From assembly GCA_025449905.1 (NCBI GenBank), contig JANWIN010000012.1, positions 45,318 through 109,317 of the forward strand: DNA of 64,000 nt, given 5' to 3'. The translations under genes and the position numbers were made by a program. This document shows, piece by piece, positions 27,809 to 36,955 of this stretch. This DNA is from Candidatus Saccharimonadales bacterium. GTDB lineage: Bacteria; Patescibacteriota; Saccharimonadia; Saccharimonadales; JANWIN01. The notes below the pieces were generated by a model, which was given only the letters and a program-made list of their open reading frames with translations, had not been told where the DNA came from and ran no database searches. Within the stretch, counting starts at the first letter, position 1. Every line of letters begins with the position of its first letter.

Positions 27809-28414
27809 TTAGTTAATTCGGATAAAACCATTATCCATGGCCGCAACTTCATTTTTATCATGAGTTCTTTTAGCGACTAGCAAGGCTCTATCGGCATCAT
27901 TAAAAACATCAGCGTAAGAGCTGTCTGGTCCAAAACTAGCAACACCTACACATAAACCAATACCGAGTTTGTTTACGTCCTGTCGTAGTAAGTGAGCCAT
28001 TCTTATGGCTTCATGAATATCTGTACCATCAAGATAAAGTAAAAATTCCTCGCCGGCGAACCGACAAGATTTAGCATCAGTTTCTCGCCGGGCAATACTA
28101 TCAACTTTATTGGCTGTGGGAATAAGATATCTACCGTCTACAACATCATGCCCAAATTCGTCATTCAAGCTCTTAAAATTATCAATGTCAGCAATAAGCA
28201 GTGCACCTAAACCACGAGTTTTATTACTTTCGCGAATAGCTTCGACCTCTTCTATAAATTTTGAATGCCTTAGCAGGCCAGTTTTATCGTCATAATCTTT
28301 AAGAATTTCATTTGCCTTTGCAACACCAGCCAGATGGCCGTAATTTCGGAACTTTTTACGTTCTTTAGCAATAAATTCTTTGGTGATAGGTTGAAGTTCG
28401 CTTTTCGCAACCAT
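27809..28414 (-). CDS. stand-alone GGDEF-domain protein with AGEEF signature
   Basis: DDKTGLL.HSKF, LLIADIDNFKSLNDEFGH, RETD...RFAGEEF; no sensor or TM domain. Confidence 0.7.
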   Translation of the reverse strand: MVAKSELQPITKEFIAKERKKFRNYGHLAGVAKANEILKDYDDKTGLLRHSKFIEEVEAIRESNKTRGLGALLIADIDNFKSLNDEFGHDVVDGRYLIPTANKVDSIARRETDAKSCRFAGEEFLLYLDGTDIHEAIRMAHLLRQDVNKLGIGLCVGVASFGPDSSYADVFNDADRALLVAKRTHDKNEVAAMDNGFIRIN

Positions 28415-28495
28415 TCGAATATTATAACAAGATTTTAATAATAAGTCAATAAACCCCTTGTGTTTATTTACAGGGGTGGTTAAAATAACTAACAG

Positions 28496-28609
28496 ATGAA
28501 GCGCTCACCCCTGAACCAAGCCGGATTTATACCGATGATAATAGCCTTTTTAGCTATTCTGGTTGCTGCCATCGTTTTTGTATACTTACGCGTAGTAAAG
28601 TCTCAATAA
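28496..28609 (+). CDS. candidate 37-aa membrane peptide with prepilin-like N-terminus (not in ORF track)
   Basis: MKRSPLNQAGFIPMIIAFLAILVAAIVFVYLRVVKSQ*; weak RBS. Confidence 0.3.
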   Translation: MKRSPLNQAGFIPMIIAFLAILVAAIVFVYLRVVKSQ

Positions 28610-28650
28610 CCCTTGAAAAATAATCGTAATTATTGTATTGTAAAAGCCTT

Positions 28651-30087
28651 ATGAGCATTGGGACTACTCGATACGTCGAAAGAGTCAATACCTCTCCTGA
28701 GGTGTTATTTGAGCCCAATTTGGCCAGATTAGGCACTGAAACCTATGCTTTCTTTGAGGGAGAAGGTGAATACCGAACAGCACAGAAACAGGCTTTTTTG
28801 AAAGACGAGATACGAAACCCCCGTTTAGATTATCCCGGGCTAGATCCCCTGAAAATTCATGAACAAGAACACGCTCTAAATGGTTTATTAAATGATGCTG
28901 AACACATTTCAGCAGATGAAGAAATTAATATGGCTTATTGGGCAGCAACAGGCTATAGGTTAGCTGAAAGCTATTATTTACTAGAATCATTCCGTCTAAA
29001 CTCCGAACCGGATATGCAAAAACGTGCGCTAGCGGCAGAGCGTTTTATGAGACTTGGGGCAGAACTCTATGGAATGCCAGAAAAACCGCTATTCGATTCG
29101 GCAGTAGCTGAAGTGTGGAGGCAAATTGACGAAAAAGAACTGGACGGCAGTGCTGAAAATATCAAGAATGAACTTGAAAGCTTACTCTTCCGCCCAACCA
29201 CAACTGAAACAATTCCAGCACTTAGCAAAGAGGCTATAACTTATTATAAAAATAGAATAGATGAAAAATTCGCTGATGAAAAAGAAATTGTAGACAACCA
29301 TTGGCAGCGTATTCAAGAAGAAAGTAAACAAACAGATCGCCCCGAGGAATTTATCGTGAAGGATATACTTGCAGTTTTTGAAGAAGTTAATCAGCTTCGA
29401 GGTGGCGAAGCGTTTGGTGTGACTGTGGAGCTTGTCGATGGAACTTCCATCGCCTTTTCTATTAAAGATCGAAAGCTGAAGGTTGGTGATAAACACGCAA
29501 ACATCCAAACCCCTGAAAAAATGTTTGGACGAGTAGTTCATGAATATGGTGTGCACGTCGGTAGATTTATAAATGGCCTTAAAGATGGTAATTATGCGTC
29601 GGCAACTGGACATGCAGGTTACATACAGTTTGAAGAAGGGTTAGCAAGTGTTTTTGAACAAATAGCTAACGGCAAAACTGAAAAATTGGGCCGTAAAAAC
29701 TTAGACCACTATATAAATATTGGACTAGCACTAGGTTTGGATAGATTGGCTTTAAGAGATTTTAGGGATGTATTTGAGATTTGCTGGCGGTTCCGCACAT
29801 TAATGAGAACGAAGCCAGATAGCGAACTAACAGATGTGCTGATTGAAGAAGAGAAGAAATATACTTATGACCGAACAGTAAAACGAATTTTTCGCGGCAC
29901 TCCCTGTGATTTGCCCGGGGTTGTTTATACCAAAGATTTGGCCTACCTACCGGGCAGGATAAAAGCTACTAAATTTTTAGAATCTCATGCAGGAGATGAT
30001 CAAAGTTTTGATATGCTGTTTGCAGGCAAAGTCGACCCAACAATTGAACTACAAGCGCGAGTGGTGGCCAAAGGAGATTATTTATGA
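28651..30087 (+). CDS. DUF1704 / QEGLA-motif protein (MATCAP-like putative metallocarboxypeptidase)
   Basis: HEYGVH followed by IQFEEGLASVFE; ATG 28651 preferred to TTG 28633. Confidence 0.75.
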   Translation: MSIGTTRYVERVNTSPEVLFEPNLARLGTETYAFFEGEGEYRTAQKQAFLKDEIRNPRLDYPGLDPLKIHEQEHALNGLLNDAEHISADEEINMAYWAATGYRLAESYYLLESFRLNSEPDMQKRALAAERFMRLGAELYGMPEKPLFDSAVAEVWRQIDEKELDGSAENIKNELESLLFRPTTTETIPALSKEAITYYKNRIDEKFADEKEIVDNHWQRIQEESKQTDRPEEFIVKDILAVFEEVNQLRGGEAFGVTVELVDGTSIAFSIKDRKLKVGDKHANIQTPEKMFGRVVHEYGVHVGRFINGLKDGNYASATGHAGYIQFEEGLASVFEQIANGKTEKLGRKNLDHYINIGLALGLDRLALRDFRDVFEICWRFRTLMRTKPDSELTDVLIEEEKKYTYDRTVKRIFRGTPCDLPGVVYTKDLAYLPGRIKATKFLESHAGDDQSFDMLFAGKVDPTIELQARVVAKGDYL

Positions 30088-30530
30088 GAAGTGGCAAAAA
30101 AGTTGTAGGATTGTATGAAAAAGTCGGATTTCCGACTTTTGATATGCAGAATGTGGTGGCCAAAATTGACACCGGTGCTTTTACCGGAGCCTTGCACTGC
30201 ACCCAAATTGATATTGTCGAAACTCCGACCGGTAAACGGCTGCGCTTTTCGCCCTTCGATCACCCGGAGAAGGTAATCCTGACTTCGGATTACCGAAAAA
30301 TAAATATTACTCGTGCCAATGTTAAAGATGAAAAACGTTATGCCATTCAAACCTACATAATCCTAAAAGGCGAAAAATACCCAATCACCCTTAGTCTGGC
30401 CGACCGCAGCGCTATGCGTTGGCCGGTTTTAATTGGCCGCAAGTTTATAAGAACCAATAATTTCTTGGTTGACGTAAAGAAGGGCATTAAGTACGCTCAA
30501 GCTGTAAAGGATAAGCAGGTTAGTAAATGA
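30084..30530 (+). CDS. RimB-like retropepsin-type aspartic peptidase (DUF785 family)
   Basis: AKIDTGAFTGALH (DTGA); ATGA overlap with upstream gene, AAGGAG RBS. Confidence 0.7.
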   Translation: MRSGKKVVGLYEKVGFPTFDMQNVVAKIDTGAFTGALHCTQIDIVETPTGKRLRFSPFDHPEKVILTSDYRKINITRANVKDEKRYAIQTYIILKGEKYPITLSLADRSAMRWPVLIGRKFIRTNNFLVDVKKGIKYAQAVKDKQVSK

Positions 30531-31432
30531 AGATAGCAGTTTTATCGCAAGGACCAGGCAACTATTCGACTAGAAGGTTAATCGAGGAAGCGGCCAAACG
30601 CGGCCATGACGTCAGTGTAGTTAACTATGCCAAGTGCTATGTAACGGTTGAGCGCGGTAACCCAGTTGTTCGTTATGAGGGCGAAAGCCTCAATGATATT
30701 GACGTGATTATTCCACGAATTTCTGCTAGTTTGACCAAGTATGGTACAGCCATCGTCCGACAATTTGAAATGCGCGGAGTTTTTACGACTGCCAGCTCTA
30801 TTGCCATAACACGCTCACGTGACAAACTGCGCTCTTATCAATTGATGGCCAAAGCCGGCATTGGCGTACCCAAAACGGTGTTTGCCCGTGAAACAGCTGA
30901 CTTTGACGATGTTATTGAAAAAGCCGGCGGTATTCCAGTAATTATTAAAGTTGCTCGTGGCACACACGGCAATGGTGTGGTGCTGGCCGAAACCCGCAAA
31001 GCTGCTCAGGCCGTAATGCAGGCTTTTTATGTTGAAGGCGTTAGTTTTTTAGTTCAGGAGTTTATTGAAGAATCGGCTGGTACAGATATTCGAGTGCTGG
31101 TTGTTGGCGGCCGAGTCGTAGCCAGCGTCAAACGTCAAAGCCTAGACGATGATTTTCGCTCTAATGTTCATCAAGGTGGCGTTGGAAAACCGATAGTTTT
31201 GGAACCATCTGAAGAAAAAGCGGCTGTCAAAGCAGCTAAATCAATGGGCCTGCCAATTTGTGGCGTCGATATGTTGCGTTCTAAACGCGGCCCACTGGTT
31301 TTGGAGGTTAACTCTTCGGCCAGCTTTAGTTCCCCAGAGACCATAGCCAAACAAGACGTTGCCGGCAAAGTTATAGAATATGTGGAAGAAAACGCTAAGG
31401 GTCGGCGCAAAAAAGACCGCGTCGGCGCCTAG
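30527..31432 (+). CDS. rimK: RimK-family ATP-grasp alpha-L-glutamate ligase
   Basis: ATP-grasp layout: IPVIIKVARGTHGNGV, LVQEFIEES.GTDIRVLVVGG, CGVDMLRS..GPLVLEVNSS; ATGA overlap. Confidence 0.9.
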   Translation: MKIAVLSQGPGNYSTRRLIEEAAKRGHDVSVVNYAKCYVTVERGNPVVRYEGESLNDIDVIIPRISASLTKYGTAIVRQFEMRGVFTTASSIAITRSRDKLRSYQLMAKAGIGVPKTVFARETADFDDVIEKAGGIPVIIKVARGTHGNGVVLAETRKAAQAVMQAFYVEGVSFLVQEFIEESAGTDIRVLVVGGRVVASVKRQSLDDDFRSNVHQGGVGKPIVLEPSEEKAAVKAAKSMGLPICGVDMLRSKRGPLVLEVNSSASFSSPETIAKQDVAGKVIEYVEENAKGRRKKDRVGA

Positions 31433-31443
31433 ACACACTCACC

Positions 31444-31486
31444 GCAACTACCTGTTTCCTGGCAGAGCCAGGAACTCTGTAGTTGC
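31444..31486 (+). terminator. strong nested stem-loop after rimK (terminator or RNA-stabilising hairpin, no clear U-tract)
   Basis: gcaactac/gtagttgc outer stem and tcctggc-aga-gccagga inner stem. Confidence 0.4.
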
Positions 31487-31605
31487 TTCTGGCGCCGATA
31501 GCGACTTTTCGACTCCGCTTCTCAGTCAAAGTAGCATTTCTACATTTCCTTCGAATGCTCGCCGAGAAAGTCGCTTCGACACTCAGCTGAGAGCGTCTAG
31601 CAAAT

Positions 31606-31702
31606 AGGGAAAAGAGCAACCCGAGAGAAAATCGCACTTTTTGCCCGGCGCGATGAGAAAAACCGTAGGTTTGTCTTATAAGGCGAAGCGTTAGCGTAGC
31701 CG
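31606..31702 (+). repeat. ~97-bp intergenic repeat, copy A
   Basis: About 90% identical to 46371-46468 (shared ...aaatcgcactttttgccc.gcg.gatgagaaaaaccgtaggtttgtct.ataaggc...gcgtagccgc). Confidence 0.8.
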
Positions 31703-31723
31703 CGCTTGTGGTATTATTTTGCT

Positions 31724-32203
31724 ATGGCACCGACGGTTTTACTTGGACTGACCATAATATTGCCAGCTGTTTTGATAGTTCTACTTCGCAGTGATGCAGC
31801 TGTTGTTCTATTAGCTCTTTGTGCCGGTAGCGTATTGGTTGATTTTATCGGTAGTGATACAGCCGACTTTATCAGCCAAAATGCCCAAAGTTTAAATGGC
31901 TGGGCCTATGTTGGCTTAATGTTAGTGCCAGCCCTACTAAGTATTATTGCGCTTCGTAAATCAGTTTCTTCTATGAAGCTTCCTATAAATTTACTAACGG
32001 CTGTAGCCGCCGGATTAACGGCAGCACTACTTGTTATTCCATTATTGCCATTTGATTTGCAAAAACAATTTACTGACAACTTTTTGTGGGGCAAGATGCA
32101 CCAGTATCAAGCAACAATTATTAGTGCTAGCATTGCCATTGCCCTGGTCTCGCTCTGGATGACTGCCCATGGTGGCTTGAAACTTCGCAAAAAACATCAC
32201 TGA
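31724..32203 (+). CDS. hypothetical polytopic membrane protein
   Basis: ATG 31724 lies 6 nt after TGgTATTAT (-10 31712-31717); 4-5 hydrophobic helices. Confidence 0.6.
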   Translation: MAPTVLLGLTIILPAVLIVLLRSDAAVVLLALCAGSVLVDFIGSDTADFISQNAQSLNGWAYVGLMLVPALLSIIALRKSVSSMKLPINLLTAVAAGLTAALLVIPLLPFDLQKQFTDNFLWGKMHQYQATIISASIAIALVSLWMTAHGGLKLRKKHH

Positions 32204-32251
32204 CCGCAAATTGACTTTTACCCTCTTTAACAGATAATATACCCCTATCGA

Positions 32252-32328
32252 GGGCCCATAGCTCAGCCGGTTAGAGCACCTGCCTTTTAAGCAGGGTGTC
32301 GTGGGTTCGAGTCCCACTGGGCCCTCCA
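32252..32328 (+). tRNA. tRNA-Lys (UUU)
   Basis: Acceptor gggccca/tgggccc, anticodon stem cctgc/gcagg, loop cuUUUaa, encoded CCA. Confidence 0.9.
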
Positions 32329-32332
32329 TGTT

Positions 32333-33784
32333 ATGCAAGGGCGAAGGTTTCACCGGACTACAGTTATTGCGGTGGGGTTAGCCGCTTTTTTAGTTGGCTT
32401 GGCCTTGGCGCGTACCAAACTTACGGTTAGCGGCTATTTAGTTTTACTTGGCCTAGCTTTAGCAATTGGTTCATTGAAGCGCTTGCGCTCACAAACCATA
32501 GTTTTTATTGCTTTGTTTGGACTACTGTTGGGCTGGTGGCGAGGCGGTTTATTTATACAGAAGCTAAACGCCTATGAAAAGCTTTATGACCAGCGAGTTA
32601 CTGTACAAGGTACCGCTAGCACAGATGCCGTTTACGCCACTGGATCACCGCAGTTATCGTTTGATGTTGGTAAATTACAGCTGATCAAACCAAATAGTGA
32701 ACCGTTGGTCGGCAAAATAGCTGTTAAGGGTTTTGGTCCAAACATAGTTTATAAAGGTGATAGTTTGGTGCTTGAAGGCCGGTTGCGCCAGACACTAGGC
32801 TCCAAACAGGGCACGATGTCTTTTAGTTTGATTCAAGTTACTGGTCGGGCAAAGTCGCCGATTGATGAACTTAGACGAAAATTTGCTGCCGGCATGCAAT
32901 CGGCATTGCCGGAACCGCTGGCCTCATTTGGACTTGGACTACTGATTGGGCAGCGCAATACCTTACCGGCGACAGTTACCGCACAATTGAGAGCCGTCGG
33001 ATTGACGCATATTATTGCGGTCTCGGGCTACAACCTAACAATTATCATCCGCGGTGTTAGGCGGCTACTTAGAAAACGTTCTAAGTATCAAAGCACTGTA
33101 TTATCAGCATCATTAATTGGACTGTTTTTATTGTTTGCCGGCTCTAGCCCATCAATTGTTCGGGCCGCAATCGTCAGTGGACTAAGTTTAATTGCTTGGT
33201 ACTATGGTAGGACTTTCCGCCCAATAGTTTTGATACTTCTAGCTGCTGCCTTAACTGCTGGTTTTTACCCGATCAATTTGTGGAGTGATATTGGTTGGTA
33301 CCTGTCATTTTTGGCGTTCTTTGGGGTGTTGGTGGTAGCACCACTAATTAGCAAGCGGCTTTTTAAAAATAGACAAATTCCAGCAATGACCAGTCTAGTT
33401 ATCGAGAGTTTTTCGGCGCAATTAATGACTATTCCGCTAATTATGTTTATTTTTGGTGAGATTTCAATTATTTCACTAATTGCTAATGCACTGGTTGTAC
33501 CCTTAGTCCCGCTGGCTATGCTTCTGTCTATGATTGCTGGAATGGCGGGCATGTTTATTCCGGCCTATAGCGGCTGGCTAGCTTGGCCAGCCAAAATCTT
33601 ATTAACCTACATGCTTGATCTTGTCAGACTTTTGGCAAAAGTGCCGCATGCCTTAACCCAACAGTTTCTGCGGCTTTGGCAAATGATTATGATTTACGGC
33701 CTTATTTTGTCTGCAACTATTTCACTTTGGGTCAAAACGCACCTTCAGAGTGATAAAATGAAGCATTATGAGCGGTCATTCTAA
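32333..33784 (+). CDS. comEC: ComEC/Rec2 family DNA internalisation channel (no metallo-beta-lactamase domain)
   Basis: N-terminal OB-like region plus competence domain with GLTHIIAVSGYNLTII; 483 aa ends before any MBL domain. Confidence 0.8.
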   Translation: MQGRRFHRTTVIAVGLAAFLVGLALARTKLTVSGYLVLLGLALAIGSLKRLRSQTIVFIALFGLLLGWWRGGLFIQKLNAYEKLYDQRVTVQGTASTDAVYATGSPQLSFDVGKLQLIKPNSEPLVGKIAVKGFGPNIVYKGDSLVLEGRLRQTLGSKQGTMSFSLIQVTGRAKSPIDELRRKFAAGMQSALPEPLASFGLGLLIGQRNTLPATVTAQLRAVGLTHIIAVSGYNLTIIIRGVRRLLRKRSKYQSTVLSASLIGLFLLFAGSSPSIVRAAIVSGLSLIAWYYGRTFRPIVLILLAAALTAGFYPINLWSDIGWYLSFLAFFGVLVVAPLISKRLFKNRQIPAMTSLVIESFSAQLMTIPLIMFIFGEISIISLIANALVVPLVPLAMLLSMIAGMAGMFIPAYSGWLAWPAKILLTYMLDLVRLLAKVPHALTQQFLRLWQMIMIYGLILSATISLWVKTHLQSDKMKHYERSF

Positions 33785-34502
33785 ATGGTCAACAATAAAA
33801 CGGCAGAAAGAGGCCAAAGATAGCAAGCGAGGCGCAGCTTTTACAAAACTGGGCAATGCAATCGCTATAGCGGCGCGCGGTGGTCCAGATCCAGAAATGA
33901 ATTTCAGCTTGCGTCTGGCGATTGATAAAGCTAAGGCTGCCAACATGCCCTCGACTAACATCCAGCGCTCGGTAGACCGCGGTAGCGGCAAACTTGGCGG
34001 GGAGCAAATTCAGGAAGTTTTGTATGAAGGCTATGGCCCGGGAGGGGTAGCTATTATGGTAGAGTGTGCCAGTGATAATCTTAAACGGACTTTACCAGAA
34101 GTTCGCACGGCATTTGTAAAACATGGCGGTAACATGGCAGAAAAAGGCGCCGTGGCTTTTCAGTTTGAGCGCAAAGGTAGCATTCGAGTTAAAGGCAGTG
34201 GCGACGAGCTAACTCTACAAGCTATTGATGCCGGAGCCAAAGATGTTGAGGAGGAAGACGACGAAGCGGTAATTTATACGGATCAAAAAGAGCTAGCCAA
34301 AGTCCGCGATGCTCTTCAAAAGGCTGGAATAGAAATAGTCGATGCCGAGCTCACTTATGTACCAAACAATGAAGTTAGAGTAGAAGATAAAGAAACCGCC
34401 GGTAAAATTATCCGTCTGATGGATGCGCTGGATGAACTAGATGATGTGACCAATACTTACACCAATTTTGATATTCCAGAGGAGTTTATAGAAAAAGTAT
34501 GA
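33768..34502 (+). CDS. yebC: YebC/PmpR family DNA-binding regulator
   Basis: MSGHSKWSTIKRQK, YEGYGPGGVA. Confidence 0.9.
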   Translation: MSGHSKWSTIKRQKEAKDSKRGAAFTKLGNAIAIAARGGPDPEMNFSLRLAIDKAKAANMPSTNIQRSVDRGSGKLGGEQIQEVLYEGYGPGGVAIMVECASDNLKRTLPEVRTAFVKHGGNMAEKGAVAFQFERKGSIRVKGSGDELTLQAIDAGAKDVEEEDDEAVIYTDQKELAKVRDALQKAGIEIVDAELTYVPNNEVRVEDKETAGKIIRLMDALDELDDVTNTYTNFDIPEEFIEKV

Positions 34503-34882
34503 AAAACAAAGTCCTTATTCTACTAATCATAATAGCTATAGCACTTGGAATTGTTTCAGCATTTGTGGCTTTCTATATTACTAAAGGTTATAACTACAAT
34601 GAAATATGTCATGAAAAAATTTATGGAAGCTTGATGCCATATGACGCAAATTGCGCGTTTGTACATGGCGGATGGCCTATTGAGCATGATTTATCAAAAA
34701 CTATGAATGACGATACTCGTAGAATCAATGGAGTAGTTCCCGAATCTCCTGCTTTAAATGCCAGTGACTATAAAGATATGTTACAAGCGGAAAAATTTTA
34801 TTTGAATTTTCTAATTTGGTCGTTTGGATGGACAGGCGCTATTTTATTACTAAATAGATTACATGCGAATTCTAGGGATTGA
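34499..34882 (+). CDS. hypothetical membrane protein
   Basis: 127 aa, N- and C-terminal TM helices; coupled between yebC and ruvC. Confidence 0.55.
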   Translation: MKNKVLILLIIIAIALGIVSAFVAFYITKGYNYNEICHEKIYGSLMPYDANCAFVHGGWPIEHDLSKTMNDDTRRINGVVPESPALNASDYKDMLQAEKFYLNFLIWSFGWTGAILLLNRLHANSRD

Positions 34883-35333
34883 TCCGGGAACGGGTATATT
34901 AGGTTTTGGAGTTATTGACGTAGCCAGCGGCAAGGCCAAGCTTGTTGATGGTGGGGTTATCCGAACACCAGTTAAAGAAGATGATGCAATAAGACTATTA
35001 ACAATCTACGATGAACTAAGCGATGTAATTGTTAACACCAAGCCAGACGAAATGGCTATTGAAAAACTCTATTTTTCCCAAAACGTCACGACCGCCATGA
35101 CTGTTAGCCAAGCCAGAGGAGTTGTTTTGCTGTGCGGCATGCAAAATGAAATGAAAATCGCCGAATATACACCCCTGCAAATTAAGCAAGCTTTAACTGG
35201 TTATGGACGAGCCGATAAAAAGCAAATTCAGGAAATGGTGCGAGTAATTTTAGGACTCAAAGAAATCCCCAAACCCGATGACTGTGCCGACGCCTTGGCG
35301 ACCGCTATCTGTCATCAGATGACTATGAGATAA
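34863..35333 (+). CDS. ruvC: Holliday junction resolvase RuvC
   Basis: MRILGIDPG, EKLYF, DCADALA. Confidence 0.9.
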   Translation: MRILGIDPGTGILGFGVIDVASGKAKLVDGGVIRTPVKEDDAIRLLTIYDELSDVIVNTKPDEMAIEKLYFSQNVTTAMTVSQARGVVLLCGMQNEMKIAEYTPLQIKQALTGYGRADKKQIQEMVRVILGLKEIPKPDDCADALATAICHQMTMR

Positions 35334-35341
35334 TATATTTG

Positions 35342-35926
35342 ATGGTTGCGACCCTAAATGGCACTGTATCAGAAAAAATACTGGACCAAGTGGTGGTTGA
35401 AGTTAATGGCGTTGGCTATGGAGTACTAGTTACTGCCGAAGACTATCAAAAATTAAGTGTAGGCAAAAAAGCTAAGCTTTATATTTATGAGTATATCCGA
35501 GACAACGCCGACGATTACTATGGCTTCTTATCATTAGAGACAAAGGGGTTGTTTGAACTACTCTTAACTGTCAATGGTGTTGGGCCGCGCATGGCGCTTA
35601 ACATGTTAAGTATTGGCGGAGTAGGCGAAGTCCGAGCGGCCATAGCTAGCGGTGATGTTAAGCTGTTGCAATCAGCACCGGGTGTTGGCAAGCGAGTGGC
35701 AGAGAGAGTTATAGTTGATCTAAAGGATAAAGTTGGCTTAGTAGATACCTCTGACCCAAGAGTCTTGTTCGCCAGTTCGGCTGCTGCGACCAAGGACGAA
35801 GCCGTCCAGGCATTGATTGCCCTTGGCTATAGCGCTCCGGACGCTCTTGATTCGCTGCACAAAGTTGATTCAACCTTGCCAACCCAGGAGCGAGTTAAAC
35901 AAGCGCTTAAGGAAATAAAAGTATGA
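35342..35926 (+). CDS. ruvA: Holliday junction branch migration protein RuvA
   Basis: [31 protein letters not shown] HhH motifs; ATG 35342 (TTG 35339 alternative). Confidence 0.9.
   Translation: MVATLNGTVSEKILDQVVVEVNGVGYGVLVTAEDYQKLSVGKKAKLYIYEYIRDNADDYYGFLSLETKGLFELLLTVNGVGPRMALNMLSIGGVGEVRAAIASGDVKLLQSAPGVGKRVAERVIVDLKDKVGLVDTSDPRVLFASSAAATKDEAVQALIALGYSAPDALDSLHKVDSTLPTQERVKQALKEIKV
35598..35609. repeat. TTAACATGTTAA palindrome copy 4 (inside ruvA, read as LNMLS)
   Basis: Perfect 12-mer with right flank GTATT. Confidence 0.9.
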
Positions 35927-36951
35927 TTGAGCATATAACCGATGCCAGTGCAGACGATGACAAAGTTGAACAAGAACTGGAAAATACTCTTCGACCCCGT
36001 GATTTTAAAAATTACATAGGCCAACAGCGATTAAAAAAGAATTTGCAGCTGGCAATTACGGCTGCTAAAAAACGTGGCGAACCACTAGACCATGTTCTGC
36101 TTTACGGACCGCCGGGATTGGGCAAAACTACGATGGCTAATGTCATTGCTCATGAAATGGCTGCCAACATTCGCATCACTTCCGGGCCAGCTATTGAGCG
36201 CGGCGGTGATCTCGCCAGTTTGCTGACAAATCTTGAAGATGGTGACATTTTGTTCATTGATGAAATTCATCGGCTGCATCGCAGTATCGAAGAAGTCCTT
36301 TATAGCGCTATGGAAGACTTTAAGCTCGATATTATTTTGGGCAAGGGTCCAAGCGCTAAAAGTTTACGATTAGACCTTCCAAAATTTACCATCATTGGCG
36401 CAACCACGCGGACAGGTTCGCTGGCCGCGCCACTGCGTGATCGCTTTGGCATGATTCACCGTTTAGACTTTTATACTGCTGAAGAGATTGCACTGATTAT
36501 TAAACGCGCGGCGGATATCTTAGGCATTAAAATTGATGATAAAGCAGCTAAGCAATTGGCCGAGAGGGCTCGCTTAACGCCGCGCATCGCTAATCGCTTA
36601 CTTAGGCGGGTTCGTGATTACGCCGATGTTAATGGTGACGGCATAGTTGACATAAATATTAGCCAAGCGGCTCTAGCACTGCTAGAAATTGATGATCTTG
36701 GACTTGACCCAACTGATCGCATGCTGCTTAATGCCATAATTGATAACTACCAAGGGGGCCCGGTCGGAGTCGAAACTCTTGTAGCCCTGACCAGTGAGGA
36801 AAGAATAACAATTGAAGACACGCTCGAGCCCTACTTATTACAGATTGGGCTGTTGGAGCGCACGCCGCGCGGTCGTAAGGTGACAACCAAGGCTTATTCT
36901 CACCTAGGCAAAAAACAAACTAACCCTAAAGACCAAAGTACTTTACTATAA
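35923..36951 (+). CDS. ruvB: Holliday junction DNA helicase RuvB
   Basis: Walker [10 protein letters not shown], Walker B FIDEIH, sensor motifs. Confidence 0.95.
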   Translation: MIEHITDASADDDKVEQELENTLRPRDFKNYIGQQRLKKNLQLAITAAKKRGEPLDHVLLYGPPGLGKTTMANVIAHEMAANIRITSGPAIERGGDLASLLTNLEDGDILFIDEIHRLHRSIEEVLYSAMEDFKLDIILGKGPSAKSLRLDLPKFTIIGATTRTGSLAAPLRDRFGMIHRLDFYTAEEIALIIKRAADILGIKIDDKAAKQLAERARLTPRIANRLLRRVRDYADVNGDGIVDINISQAALALLEIDDLGLDPTDRMLLNAIIDNYQGGPVGVETLVALTSEERITIEDTLEPYLLQIGLLERTPRGRKVTTKAYSHLGKKQTNPKDQSTLL

Positions 36952-36955
36952 AACT

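Noticed and set aside
31380-31637. 75-aa plus-strand and 80-aa minus-strand ORFs in the spacer after rimK
   Set aside because: They are mutually overlapping on both strands, lie within hairpin-rich sequence, and lack an RBS. The region is treated as structured non-coding.
31640-31680. Possible hammerhead ribozyme core in the repeat (..GCGATGAGAAAAACC..)
   Set aside because: The sequence is CGATGAG rather than CUGAUGA. I could not place the GAAA/cleavage-site triplet or the three-helix junction.
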